Source of the DNA: an uncultured Chloroflexia bacterium
Lineage (GTDB): Bacteria > Chloroflexota > Limnocylindria > QHBO01
Reading direction: 5' to 3'
Assembly (NCBI GenBank): GCA_963789435.1
Contig: CAWBKO010000002.1
Location: forward strand, 141,386-205,385
DNA length: 64,000 bases
Shown here: piece by piece, positions 13,355 to 23,992 of the stretch
Layout of the letters: each line of letters starts with the position of its first letter
How positions within the stretch are numbered: position 1 is the stretch's first letter
Notes under the pieces: generated by a model
The model's input: only the letters and a program-made list of their open reading frames with translations
Databases searched by the model: none
What the model was told of the DNA's origin: nothing
Made by a program: the position numbers and the translations under genes

Positions 13355-14872
13355 GTGACCGAGGGCGCCGCGCCGGCGCTGGAGCTGCGCGGGATCACCA
13401 AGCACTTCGGTGACCTCGTCGCCAACGACGCGATCGACTTCGACGTGCGGGCGGGCGAGGTCCATGCCCTGCTCGGCGAGAACGGGGCCGGCAAGACGAC
13501 CGCCATGCGGATCGCCTACGGGCTGACGCTGGCGAACGACGGCCAGGTCGTCGTCGAGGGCAACGTCCTGGCCATCCGCTCGCCGCACGACGCGATCGCG
13601 GCCGGCGTCGGGATGGTCACGCAGCACTTCGCGCTGGTGCGCCCGATGAGCGTCGCGGAGAACCTGGTGCTCGGCCGTTCGAGCGGCATGCGGCTCGATC
13701 TCGCGGCCGCCGGGCCGACGCGCGGCGGACGCATCGGACCGATTCGGGATCCGCGTCGATCCATCGGCGCGCGTGGAGAACCTGTCGATCGGGCAGCAGC
13801 AGCGCGTCGAGATCCTCAAGGCCCTCTCCCGCGACTGCCGGATCCTGATCCTGGACGAGCCGACCGCGGTGCTCGTCCCCGACGAGGTCGATGCCCTGTT
13901 CGCCACCCTGCGCTCGCTGGTTGCCGATGGACTGGCGGTCGTCTTCATCAGCCACAAGCTGGCGGAGGTGCGCGCCATCAGCGACCGGGTCAGCGTCCTC
14001 CGCCGCGGCAGGCTGGTCGGGACCGTCGACGGCCAGACCGATGAGCGCGAGCTGGCCCGCATGATGGTCGGCCGGCCCAGCTTCGGGGTCGAGCGATCAG
14101 CCGATGCCGGCGCCTCCGCCGGCGAGCCGATGCTCCGTATCCGCGGCCTGCACGCTGCCGGACCGCACGGGACTGCCCGCCGTCTCCGACGTGTCGCTCG
14201 AGGTTCGTGCCGGCGAGATCGTCGGGGTGGCGGGGGTCTCGGGCAACGGCCAGACCGAGCTGGTGGAGGTGCTTTCCGGGATGCGGCAGCCGACGAGCGG
14301 ATCGGTCGTCCGTCGCCGGATCTCGAGCTGGCCGGGGCCGATCCCGACCCGGATGATGCGAGCCGGCATCGGTCGCATCCCGGAGGACCGGCACGCCAGC
14401 CTCATCGGCGACCTGTCGGTCGCCTACAACCTGGTGATGGAGCGCCTGGACGACTTCCGCCGCGGCGGGCGGATCGACGAGCGGCGGGTCCGCGAGCACG
14501 CGGCCGAGCTGATCCAGCGGCTTCGACATCCGCGCACGCCCGGACGATCCGGTCGCGACCCTGTCGGGCGGCAACATCCAGAAGGTGCTGCTGGCACGCG
14601 TCCTGTCGCGGGACCCGCGCGTGCTGGTCGTCTCCCAGCCCACGCGCGGCCTTGACGTCGGGGCGACCGAGTACGTCCGGTCACAGCTGCTTGCGCGTCG
14701 CGCTGACGGCGCGGCCATCCTGCTGGTGTCCGAGGATCTCGACGAGCTGCTGGCCCTGGCGGATCGGCTGGTCGTCCTGTACGAGGGCCGCATCGTTGGC
14801 GAGATGGCCGTCGCCGACGCGAACGTGGAGCAGCTCGGCATGCTGATGGCCGGCCGCGGAAGGGCAGCGTGA
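13355..14872 (+). CDS. ABC transporter ATP-binding protein, CUT2/nucleoside type, two NBDs (frameshifts)
   Basis: GENGAGKT; LSIGQQQRVEILKAL; LILDEPT; GVSGNGQTEL; LSGGNIQK; QPTRGLDVGA. Confidence 0.92.
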
Positions 14873-15958
14873 TGCGCATCTCGATCTGGTCCACGCCGGT
14901 GCTCGTGGTCGCGGCCGTGCTCATCACGTTCGTCATCACCGCCGGGCCGATCCTCGTCGCCGGCGCAAACCCGATCGAGGCGTACGCCGCGTTCGTCGTC
15001 GTGCCGCTGACGTCGCAGTTCACCCTGCTCGAGGTCCTCGTCAGCGCCACGCCGATCCTGTTCACCGGCGCGGCCGTGGCGATCGCCTTCCGTGCCGGGT
15101 ACTGGAACATCGGCGCCGAGGGCCAGCTGCTGCTCGGCGCGATCGGGGCAGCCGGCGTGGGGATCGTGGTCGGCGACCTGCCGCCGATCCTGGCACTGCC
15201 CGCTGATGATCGCCGGTGGGGCGCTTGCCGGCGCGGCGTGGGCGCTGCTGCCGGCCCTGCTGCGCGTGCGGTTCGGGATCGACGAGGTGGTCACGACCCT
15301 GCTCCTCAACCCGGTGGCGCTCCTGCTCGTCAACGGCCTCCTCCACGGCCCGTGGCGCGACCCGGTCACCGGGTTTCCCGAGTCGCCCCGGATCGCGGCC
15401 TCGGCCGAGTTCCCGACGCTCATCGACAGGTCGCGGCTGCACCTCGGATTCCTGCTGGCGCTGGCCGTGATCGTCGTCGCCTGGTACGTGCTTGCTCGAA
15501 CCCCCGCCGGCCTGCGGCTGCGGGCCGCCGGCCTGAGCCCGCACGGCGCCCGCTTCGCCGGAATCAACGTGTCGCGCACGCTGCTGGGTGCCGCGCTGGT
15601 GAGCGGCGCCATCGCCGGCATCGCCGGCGTGAGCGAGGTGGCCGGCATCCAGAACCGGCTGACCAGCGGCCTGTCGCCGGGCTACGGCTACACCGGGATC
15701 GTGGTCGCCACGCTGGGGACCCTCACCATGCCGGGCGTCGCGATCGCCGCGCTCTTCCTGGGCGACCTCACGGTCGGCGCCAGCTCCGCGGCACGATCGC
15801 TCGGGATCCCCTCGCAGCTCGGCGCGGTGGTGCAGGGCGTCCTGCTGCTGACCACCGTCGCGTTGATGGCCGTGCGCCGCAATCGGCTCGGGCGCGCCGC
15901 CGGCGGGGACGCCGGCTCCGTCACCGGCGACGTCGCGGCAGAGGCGCAACCGGGATGA
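14869..15958 (+). CDS. ABC transporter permease (frameshift near 15200)
   Basis: WNIGAEGQ; DEVVTTLLLN; GYGYTGIVVA. Confidence 0.9.
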
Positions 15959-16869
15959 CCTTCCTGATCGACCTGCTGGCGGCAACGCTCCGCAACGCGA
16001 CCCCGCTCGTGTACGGGACGGTGGGCGAGACCTACGCCGAGCGCAGCGGCGTTCTCAACCTGGGCATCGAGGGCACGATGTACGCGGGCGCCTTCGCCGG
16101 CTTCGCGACCGCCTGGGCGACCGGCTCTCCGCTCCTCGGCCTCGTCGCGGCCATCGTGGTCGGGATCGCAGCCGGGGCGGTGATGGCGCTCATGACGGTG
16201 ACCGTCGGCGCGAACCAGCACGTCTCGGGCATCGGCCTCACGATCGGCCTCATCGGCCTCAGCGAGTTCGCGAACCGGCTCATCTTCGCCGGCGGCGAGC
16301 TCCAGCGCATCGAGCCGATGTCGATCGTGAACCCGTTCGGCGGACTGGGCGAGATCGGCGCCATCTTCGACCAGTACGCGATGACCTGGGTCGCATTCCT
16401 GGTCGTTGTTCCGGCGGCGTGGTGGCTCCTTCAGCGCTCGAGCTTCGGGCTCGAGATCCGGGCCGTCGGCGAGAACCCCGAGGCGGCCGACGCGGCCGGG
16501 GTCAACGTGACACGCACGCGCTACCTGGCCCTCATGATCGGGGGCGCGCTGATGGCCACCGGCGGCGCGTTCATCACGCTCGCGCTGCTCGGCAGCTTCA
16601 CGCTCGACATCATCGCCGGCCGTGGCTGGGTGTGCGTCGCGCTCGTCATCTTCGGCCGCTGGCGCATCGGTCGCGGCGTCATCGGCGCCCTGATCTTCTC
16701 GCTCGTCTTTTCGCTCCAGTTCCGCCTTCGCATCCTGCCCGGCTTCGGCGAGCTGCCCTTCGAGCTGCTGCTGGCGCTTCCCTACCTCGTCGTCATCGGC
16801 GCGCTCGCGCTCTCCGGCCGCAACGTCGCGTATCCGGGTGCCTACCTCAAGCCCTACCGCCGCAGCTGA
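15955..16869 (+). CDS. ABC transporter permease
   Basis: ERSGVLNLGIEG; RAVGENPEAADAAG; GRGWVCVALVIFGRW; LPY. Confidence 0.92.
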   Translation: MTFLIDLLAATLRNATPLVYGTVGETYAERSGVLNLGIEGTMYAGAFAGFATAWATGSPLLGLVAAIVVGIAAGAVMALMTVTVGANQHVSGIGLTIGLIGLSEFANRLIFAGGELQRIEPMSIVNPFGGLGEIGAIFDQYAMTWVAFLVVVPAAWWLLQRSSFGLEIRAVGENPEAADAAGVNVTRTRYLALMIGGALMATGGAFITLALLGSFTLDIIAGRGWVCVALVIFGRWRIGRGVIGALIFSLVFSLQFRLRILPGFGELPFELLLALPYLVVIGALALSGRNVAYPGAYLKPYRRS

Positions 16870-16885
16870 GCCAACAGGAGGACCG

Positions 16886-17348
16886 ATGGAGATCCACGAC
16901 CGTGACCGCGCCGGGCTGCAGCACGCCATCGAGCAGGCGAGGATCGGACGAGCCGAGGGCGGCGTGCCAATCGGCGGCGCGCTGGTCGCCGACGACGGCA
17001 CCGTCCTGGCCGTCGGCCACAACCGGCGCGTGCAGCAGAACAGCGCCATCCGCCACGGCGAGACCGATGCGCTCGAGAACGGCGGGCGGCTGCCCGCATC
17101 GGTCTACCGGCGCTCGACGATGTACACCACCCTGTCGCCGTGCGACATGTGCACCGGCGCCATCCTGCTGTACGGCATCCCGCGCGTCGTGATGGGCGAG
17201 AACCGCACGTTCGTCGGCGGCGAGGACTACCTGCGCGCGCGTGGCGTCGAGGTCATCAACCTCGACTCGCGAGGAGTGCGTCGAGCTCATGGACGAGTTC
17301 ATCGCCGCGCATCCGGAGATCTGGAACGAGGACATCGGCGAGGACTAG
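16886..17348 (+). CDS. Cytosine/nucleoside deaminase, fungal FCY1-like Zn deaminase (frameshift near 17270)
   Basis: EGGVPIG; HGE; TLSPCDMC; C-terminal PEIWNEDIGE. Confidence 0.88.
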
Positions 17349-19053
17349 GTTGGCCGCGTCGACCGCACGATGTTGTGGACGGGCGTCGGGCGGCTGAAGC
17401 CCTTGAGCGCCAACGGATCCACTTCCTCGGCCTCGAACTGGTCCTCCACCGCGGCGAAGAGCCGCTGGCTGACCAGGATCTGGCCGGCTGTGGCCGCCTC
17501 GCTCAGGCGTGACGCCAGGATCACCACGTTGCCGACTGCCCCATAGTCGTATCGCCCCTCGAAGCCGATACGGCCAAGGGTCGCGTATCCGACCGCGACC
17601 CCGATCCCCAGGCCAAGGTCGTAGCCGAGCCGATGCCAGCGCTCGGCGAGGGTGGCGAACGCCTCCCGCATGGCGAGCGCCGCGTGGATCGCGTCGCTCC
17701 GGTGCTCCGGCTTCGGCGCGGGATCGTTGAAGAAGACCATCAGCCCATCCCCCGCAAAGTGCTCGACCGTGCCGCCATGAGCCACGACCAGCTCGCCGAC
17801 CATGCCGTGGTATTCGCGCAGCACGCCAAGCACCTCCTCGGGCTCGGCGGTCTCGGCGAAGGCCGTGAACCCACGCAGGTCACAGAACAGCGCGGTGATC
17901 TCGCGCCGATGCCCGGTGAGGAGCGACTTGCCCTCCTCGCTCGACAGCATGCTTGCCACCTGCGGCGCGAACCGCGCCAGCTCGGTGCGCTGCCGCTCCA
18001 CCGTCTCGAACAGGCGGGCGTTTTCGATGGCCAGGGTGGCCTGGTCGGCGAAGGTGCTGACGAGCGCGATCTCTCGCTCACTGAAAGGTCGAACCTCCAC
18101 TTCGCCCGAGGCCGATGACGCCGACCGGAAAACCATCGCGCAGCAGCGGGACTCCAAGCAGCGTGCGATATCCGCCGATCTTCTGCATGTCCCCTTGCAG
18201 CGGTATTCAGGGTCCGCGATCACATCGACGATGTGGACCGGGCGACGCTCCAGAAGGACTCTGACCGATCATCGATCCGCGGTCGGCAACGTAGTCGACC
18301 GCCTCTTCGGCCTCCCGATAGCCAGGCGTTGAACCCGAGGATGGCTGCGATTCGGTAGACATCCCGCACCGGATCGTGGCGGACGATGTTTCCGGTGTCG
18401 GCGTGGCAAAGCGCCACCGCGTTGGCAAGCACCGTGTCAAGCAGGTCCTGGAGGTCGAACGAGGAGCGGCCCATCGTCTGGAGCACGTGGCTGACGGCAG
18501 CCTCGCGCTCGACCGCCTCGTGCTTCTCGCCCATCAGACGCGCCAGGCGCACGGCGACGCCGGTCTGCCCTGCGAACACGGAGATCGTCGCGATCTCCTC
18601 GTCGTCGAACGGGTGGACGCGGTTCCGCCCGAGGCCGACCACGCCGATGACGTCCTCGTCGATGATGATGGGCAGGCCCAGGATGGTCCGGTATCCGGAC
18701 ATTCGCTGGCCCTCGCGCCAGCTGTATTCCGGGTCGGCCAGGACGTCGTGGATGTGCACCGCCGCTCGCTGGAGCGCCACGCGCCCGACGCCCGTTTCCG
18801 GACCCACCGGGATCGGGTGCTCGCGCTCGTACTGGCTGACTTCGGCCGTGACGCCGCTGTCCGCCATCAGCCGGAACACGTCGCCATCCCGAAGGTAGAC
18901 GTAGCTGGTTTCTGCCGTGCAGAGCAGTGCCGAGCGCTCCGCGATCTTCTCGAGGACCGGCGTGAGCTCGAAGCCGCCGTGGATGATGGAATGGAGCACT
19001 TCGCCGACGGCCTCCAGCGACTCGGTGCCGCCGTCTCGCGCGCTGCGGGGCAT
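17345..19053 (-). CDS. GAF-GAF class III adenylate/guanylate cyclase (frameshifts 18100-18330)
   Basis: Two GAF repeats (HIHDVLADPEY; FADQATLAIENARL); ALFCDLRGFT; FAGDG; GRYDYGAVG. Confidence 0.88.
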
Positions 19054-19202
19054 GCTCGGGATCTAGCGTCTTGGACACGCTCGTGCTCAATCGGGGTGGA
19101 TCGAGCGCAACCTTAACGCAGGCGTCGCCGCCGGTGAACCCCACCAGCCTGCGCGTCTCATACTCGACGAGGCATCAATCCTACACAGACTGGGCTCGAG
19201 AC

Positions 19203-19610
19203 ATGGACTTTACTCAGCGGTTGATCGACGAGCTTCGCTCGCACGGCGGCCAGGTGACGACGGGACCGATGGCCGGGCGGCCGCTCCTGATCCTGACCAC
19301 CAGGGGTGCCAGGAGCGGCGAGGAGCGAACAGCTGTCGTCACCTACACGCGCGATGGCGACCGCTACGTCATCGCGGCCTCGAAGAGCGGCGCACCGACG
19401 AACCCGGACTGGTTCCACAACCTCCAGGCCAACCCGGAGGTCGGGGTCGAGGCGGGCGGGGAGAGCTTCACCGCTCGTGCGACGGTGACGAGCGGCGACG
19501 AGCGGGATCGGCTCTGGGAGCAGCACGCCGACGAGCGTCCCGAGTTCCGCGAGTATCCGAAGATCACGGACCGGGTCATCCCGATGATCCTGCTCGACCG
19601 GATCGACTGA
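19203..19610 (+). CDS. Deazaflavin (F420)-dependent nitroreductase, DDN family
   Basis: LILTTRGARSGEER; AASKSGAPTNPDWFHNLQANP; RVIP. Confidence 0.92.
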   Translation: MDFTQRLIDELRSHGGQVTTGPMAGRPLLILTTRGARSGEERTAVVTYTRDGDRYVIAASKSGAPTNPDWFHNLQANPEVGVEAGGESFTARATVTSGDERDRLWEQHADERPEFREYPKITDRVIPMILLDRID

Positions 19611-19614
19611 GCGC

Positions 19615-20010
19615 GTGGCGCTCTTCGAGCAGCTCGACTTCGTCTACATGCCGAGCCGCGACGTGCCCGCGGACATCCGCTACTTCACCGAGGTGCTGGG
19701 CGCAGAGCTGATCTTCGCGGTCGAGGGGATGGGCACCCGGGTCGCGATGGTCGAGCTCACCGACCAGCCGCCGCGGCTCCTCCTTGCGGGCCATCTCGAA
19801 GGCGATCAGCCGGTGATGGTCTATCGCGTCGCCGACATCGCGAAGGCGACCGATGAGCTGACGTCGCACGGATGGCAGCAGGGGCATCGGCTCGAGATTC
19901 CGCACGGTCCCGTCTGCACGTTCACAACGCCGGGCGGCCATCGGCTCGCGATCTATCAGCTCACGCGTCCCGAGGCAGGCGAGCACTTCGCGGGGCGCCG
20001 CGACTTCTGA
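19615..20010 (+). CDS. VOC/glyoxalase-family protein
   Basis: YFTEVLGAE; YRVADI; EIPHGP; PGGHRLAIYQ. Confidence 0.85.
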   Translation: MALFEQLDFVYMPSRDVPADIRYFTEVLGAELIFAVEGMGTRVAMVELTDQPPRLLLAGHLEGDQPVMVYRVADIAKATDELTSHGWQQGHRLEIPHGPVCTFTTPGGHRLAIYQLTRPEAGEHFAGRRDF

Positions 20011-20038
20011 CGATTGTCAGGCTCGTCATACTTCGGCG

Positions 20039-20398
20039 ATGGCCAGCTACAAGGTGAACCGGCGCGCGGTCGCGCATTGCCGGAAGCTCATCGACGCGCG
20101 CCAGTACGTCCTCGACAGCGACTGGGGCGAGGCGCAGCCGACGGCCGACGACGAGAACGCGTTCCTCGAATCACATCCGTGGACCGAGTACGCAGCCTGG
20201 TATCTCGGCCTGACCGAGGGCGCCACCGACGAGACCAAGGCACGCCACGCGTTCGTCTACGGCGACCTGCGGCGCGTCCACCGCACCGGGCTGATCGCCT
20301 GCCAGTACCGGGCGGCGGAGTGGCGCCACAAGGAGGTCGAGCTGGCGGCGCATCGGCTGCTGCAGCACCTGGACCGGGTGAGCGCGTCGAAGGGCTGA
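20039..20398 (+). CDS. Conserved hypothetical protein
   Basis: Clean ORF; YVLDSDW...ETKARHAFVYGDLRRVHR. Confidence 0.75.
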   Translation: MASYKVNRRAVAHCRKLIDARQYVLDSDWGEAQPTADDENAFLESHPWTEYAAWYLGLTEGATDETKARHAFVYGDLRRVHRTGLIACQYRAAEWRHKEVELAAHRLLQHLDRVSASKG

Positions 20399-20418
20399 CC
20401 CGATCAGGAGCGCAGCTC

Positions 20419-20916
20419 TCAGGTGGGCACCAAGCGGGACCTCGGCTCGGCCGCCCAATCCGTGGGGAGCGCGGTATCCGGAAGCACCATCACCGGCTGC
20501 GCCGCCTGCGCAGGCAGAGGTCCCGCGGCGAGAACGCACGCGAACCAGTGGGTCCCACTCGTGATCCCCTCCGCACAGCCGATGCGTCCCAGTGCACGAT
20601 CCGAGAGGATCGCGTTGTGGGTCGGGCTGCCGATCCACTGCGACACGACATGCCCTACCGGGTCGGCGACTCTGACATTCCACGCCAGCACCTCGGCGGT
20701 ACCGGCGCGCTCGGCGCCATGGTCGAGGCACCCACACGCGCTCATCTCTACCACGCGCTGGTGCGCGATTGCATGCAGCTCCTCATCCACGGTCCTCGGG
20801 AAGTACGCGGCCGCCACGGCATCGGTCAGACCGATGTCTCCCTCCACGGGGCCGGCCGTGGAGAGGACGAAGATTGCCCCCAACAGCAGAACTACACCCA
20901 ACAGCAAGTAACGCAT
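20419..20916 (-). CDS. Secreted CAP/SCP-domain protein
   Basis: Signal peptide; LDH...AEVLAW...QWIGSPTHNAIL...RIGC; LPDTA near C-terminus. Confidence 0.75.
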   Translation of the reverse strand: MRYLLLGVVLLLGAIFVLSTAGPVEGDIGLTDAVAAAYFPRTVDEELHAIAHQRVVEMSACGCLDHGAERAGTAEVLAWNVRVADPVGHVVSQWIGSPTHNAILSDRALGRIGCAEGITSGTHWFACVLAAGPLPAQAAQPVMVLPDTALPTDWAAEPRSRLVPT

Positions 20917-21043
20917 CCAGACCGCCCCAGCACACACCGGACCAGCGCTTGCTCTTTGGACGCCCGAGCGATCGCCAAGGGGCCGAATCACGCTCAGGGG
21001 CCGTTGTGGATGCGGTGCCCACCCGCAACGCGAGCCCGGCGAG

Positions 21044-21403
21044 TCAGCCTGTGCCGGCCTCGAGGTCCGCGAGGCGAGCCCTGACCAGCTCTTCGAAGAG
21101 CGCGGTCGGCAGCGGGGCATCCGGCGTGAAGTGAAGGCTTCCCTTCGTGCGTTCGTACCCCTCGAGCTCCGCTTCGTGGGCGGCGAGGAACGAATCTGTC
21201 AGCGGGTAGATGCTGAGGTGCTTCTTCCAACCGGCGAACCAGAGCACGCCCTGGCCCTGGCGCTTGATGACCGGCATGCCATAGCCCATCGATTCCTCGG
21301 CATCGGGCACCAATCGATGGAGCTCGGCGCGGACGCGTTGCAGCGCCTCCCCTTGATCGGCCGGCAGTCCCGCCAGGTAGGCGTCGATCGGTGAGTCCGT
21401 CAT
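21044..21403 (-). CDS. DUF1801/YdhG-like protein
   Basis: IDAYLAGLP; VPDAEESMGYGMP; KKHLSIYP; KGSLHF. Confidence 0.88.
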   Translation of the reverse strand: MTDSPIDAYLAGLPADQGEALQRVRAELHRLVPDAEESMGYGMPVIKRQGQGVLWFAGWKKHLSIYPLTDSFLAAHEAELEGYERTKGSLHFTPDAPLPTALFEELVRARLADLEAGTG

Positions 21404-21410
21404 GGAACCC

Positions 21411-21743
21411 CTACGCCTTCTTTGGTCGAAGCGAGGCGACGTGACTCCAGGCGACATCGAAGTACGGCGTGAGCTCGGCGGTGCGGCCGAGCAGCGCCGG
21501 CGGTACGGCGACGTACTCCCGCATCACGCGTCCATGTTGCTCAACCAGCGTCGTGTCGTACGTCTCGAGGAACGCCACACGCTCGGCGGGCGGCAGTCGC
21601 AGAGCCAGCGTGCCGTCGGGGGTGAGGAAGCTGAACATGTGGCCGTTGACCGACGTGTACGGCATCGTCTTGCCCTTTCGCTCGAGCCCAGGGCGTGTCG
21701 CCACGAGCTCCTCGTACAGGCGAAGGGTCTCGTCGGCGATCAT
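21411..21743 (-). CDS. TfoX-N-like hypothetical protein
   Basis: KTMPYTSVNGHMFS; LALRLP; GRVMREYVAVP. Confidence 0.75.
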   Translation of the reverse strand: MIADETLRLYEELVATRPGLERKGKTMPYTSVNGHMFSFLTPDGTLALRLPPAERVAFLETYDTTLVEQHGRVMREYVAVPPALLGRTAELTPYFDVAWSHVASLRPKKA

Positions 21744-21786
21744 GCGGGCACAGCGTAGGGCAATCCTGCAGTGGGATACTCCCGTC

Positions 21787-22032
21787 ATGCCCCCGCGCAA
21801 TGAGCCCGTCGAAGAAACGGTCAACTACGGGAACGGCAGCCTCAAGTACAGCGGATTCCTGCTCAACGGGGAGATGCACGGGGCCTGGTCGTGGTATCGC
21901 ACCGACGGATCCCTGATGCGCTCGGGCGCGTTCGATCACGGCCGTCAGATCGGCAGCTGGCGCACATTCGATCGGGAGGGCAACGTCGTGAAGGAGACGA
22001 CCTTCGACGATCGCCCGCTTGACCGATCGTGA
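21787..22032 (+). CDS. Small MORN-variant repeat protein
   Basis: YGNGSLKYSG..LNGEMHGAWSWYRTDGSLMRSG.FDHG.QIGSWRTFD. Confidence 0.8.
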   Translation: MPPRNEPVEETVNYGNGSLKYSGFLLNGEMHGAWSWYRTDGSLMRSGAFDHGRQIGSWRTFDREGNVVKETTFDDRPLDRS

Positions 22033-22054
22033 ACCGAGAACCAGGGGACTCCAG

Positions 22055-23236
22055 ATGACCACTTCCGTCACCCGTCACCGCGACCGGCTGCGCCAGAGCA
22101 TTGCGCCCTTCCTGTCGTTCTTCAGCGGCCCCTACTCCCGGCTGAACCGGGATCCGGACATCTCGAACTTCGCGGTCGGCAATCCCCAGGAGATGCCGCT
22201 CCCGAACTACGTTGAGGCGCTCCAGCGCAACCTCGAGCCCCAGGACAAGGACTGGTTCGCCTACAAGCTGTCGGAGCCGGCATCGCAGCGCACCGTGGCG
22301 GAGACGCTTACCGCGCGGACCGGGATGGCGTGGGATCCCGCTGACGTGGCGATGACGAACGGTGGATTCGCTGCCATCGCCGTCGCCCTGCGGACCCTGG
22401 TCGAGCCGGGGGACGAGGTGCTCTTCCTCTCACCGCCGTGGTTCTTCTACGAGATCCTCATCCTCGCGGTCGGCGGCGAGCCCGTCCGCCTCGCGCTGGA
22501 GGCTCCCGCGTTCGACCTCGACGTCGACCGCATCGCGGCGGCCATCGGTCCGCGCACCCGTGCCGTGCTCGTCAACAGCCCGCACAACCCGACCGGCCGC
22601 GTCTATCCGCCCGACGTGCTCCAGTCGCTGGCCGCCGCCCTGACCGATGCGTCGGCGCGCATCGGTCACCCCATCTGGATCCTGTCGGACGAGCCATACA
22701 ACCGAATCGTGTTCGACGGTCGCACGGCGCACAGCGCGGCCGAGTTCTATCCCCACACCGTGATCACGTATTCGTACGGGAAGACGCTGCTGGCGCCCGG
22801 GCAGCGCATCGGCTTCCTGACCGTTCCGCCCACGCTGCCCGAACGCGTTGAGCTGCGGGACGAGATCTTCGTGCAGCAGATCGCCGCCGGCTACGCGTTC
22901 CCCAATGCGCTCCTGCAGCACGCGCTGGCCGACCTCGAGCGGCTCTCGATCGATATCGGGGCGCTCGAGCGCCGTCGCGATCGGCTCGTCCCGGCGCTGC
23001 GCGAGATGGGCTACGACGCTTCCATGCCCGAGGGCACCTTCTACACGATGGCTCGCTCCCCCATCCCCGACGACGCGGCCTTCACCGAGACGCTGGCCCG
23101 TCATCGCGTGCTCGTGCTGCCGGGAAGCGTCGTCGAGGTCCCTGGCTGGTTCCGCATCAGCCTCACCGCATCCGACGACATGGTCGACGCGGCAATCCCG
23201 CGCTTCGCCGCCGCCCGCCAGGAGGTCGACCGGTAG
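22055..23236 (+). CDS. PLP-dependent aminotransferase class I/II
   Basis: NSPHNPTG; SDEPY; YSYGK...PGQRIG; WFRIS. Confidence 0.92.
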   Translation: MTTSVTRHRDRLRQSIAPFLSFFSGPYSRLNRDPDISNFAVGNPQEMPLPNYVEALQRNLEPQDKDWFAYKLSEPASQRTVAETLTARTGMAWDPADVAMTNGGFAAIAVALRTLVEPGDEVLFLSPPWFFYEILILAVGGEPVRLALEAPAFDLDVDRIAAAIGPRTRAVLVNSPHNPTGRVYPPDVLQSLAAALTDASARIGHPIWILSDEPYNRIVFDGRTAHSAAEFYPHTVITYSYGKTLLAPGQRIGFLTVPPTLPERVELRDEIFVQQIAAGYAFPNALLQHALADLERLSIDIGALERRRDRLVPALREMGYDASMPEGTFYTMARSPIPDDAAFTETLARHRVLVLPGSVVEVPGWFRISLTASDDMVDAAIPRFAAARQEVDR

Positions 23237-23239
23237 GGC

Positions 23240-23914
23240 TCAGCCGCTCGCCCGGAGCTTCTCGAGGCCGTCGAGGAGGAGGTCGAGCCCGAACGCAAAG
23301 TCCCCCTGCTCATCAGGGCGACGCGGCTTGAGGTGCTGATCCACGTGCTCGGCGAGGTACGGCAGCTCCTCACGGTTGAGCGCACCGAGGAAGTCGCTCG
23401 CCTTTCGTGCGAGGTCCTCGCGGCTGCCGAGGTCCATGCCGACCTCCCACAGCGTGAACCCCATGATGTGGCTCTCCAGCGCGTGATAGCCGTGATCGGT
23501 CATCTCGGCCGAGAAGCCGGCCATCCGCAGGGTGCCCAGGATCGCCTCCATGTATCGCAGCCTGGATGCGCTGACCCCCGAGGACGACAGCACGAGGCCG
23601 GCCGCCCATGGATGCCGGACGAGGACGTCGTATGCGGAGATCGCCATCCTGCGCAGCGCCGGCTTCCAGTCGTCGCCGGCTGACGGCAGCTCGATCTCGC
23701 CGATCACGATGTCGACGATCCCGTTGAGGATGTCGTCCTTCCTGGCCACGTAGTAGTACAGCGTCATCGCCTCGACCCCGAGCTCCTGCGCGAGCTTCCG
23801 CATGGTCAGCGCGCCGATGCCGGCCTCGTCGGCAAGCGCGATGGCAGCCTCGAGCACGCGCTCCCGGCTCAATGCGACTCGCGTCTCTTCGCGCGGTCTG
23901 GCCTGCGACGCCAT
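23240..23914 (-). CDS. TetR/AcrR regulator with TetR-like C-terminal domain
   Basis: LTMRKLAQELGVEAMTLYYYV; FAFGLDLLLDGL. Confidence 0.92.
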   Translation of the reverse strand: MASQARPREETRVALSRERVLEAAIALADEAGIGALTMRKLAQELGVEAMTLYYYVARKDDILNGIVDIVIGEIELPSAGDDWKPALRRMAISAYDVLVRHPWAAGLVLSSSGVSASRLRYMEAILGTLRMAGFSAEMTDHGYHALESHIMGFTLWEVGMDLGSREDLARKASDFLGALNREELPYLAEHVDQHLKPRRPDEQGDFAFGLDLLLDGLEKLRASG

Positions 23915-23937
23915 CTGATGCCACCTCGGTTCGGGAC

Positions 23938-23991
23938 TTGACACTCTTACACTGTAAGACTATCGTACGTCCTCTATCTTACACCGTACGA
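23938..23991 (+). promoter_or_regulatory. Sigma70 promoter with two TetR-type operators
   Basis: TTGACA(23938)-17-TATCGT(23961); palindrome TCTTAC-ACT-GTAAGA 23945-23959; near copy TCTTAC-ACC-GTACGA 23977-23991. Confidence 0.8.
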
Positions 23992-23992
23992 A

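Noticed and set aside
21787-22032. YwqK-type antitoxin of a toxin-antitoxin pair
   Set aside because: Only generic MORN-variant repeats and no adjacent toxin
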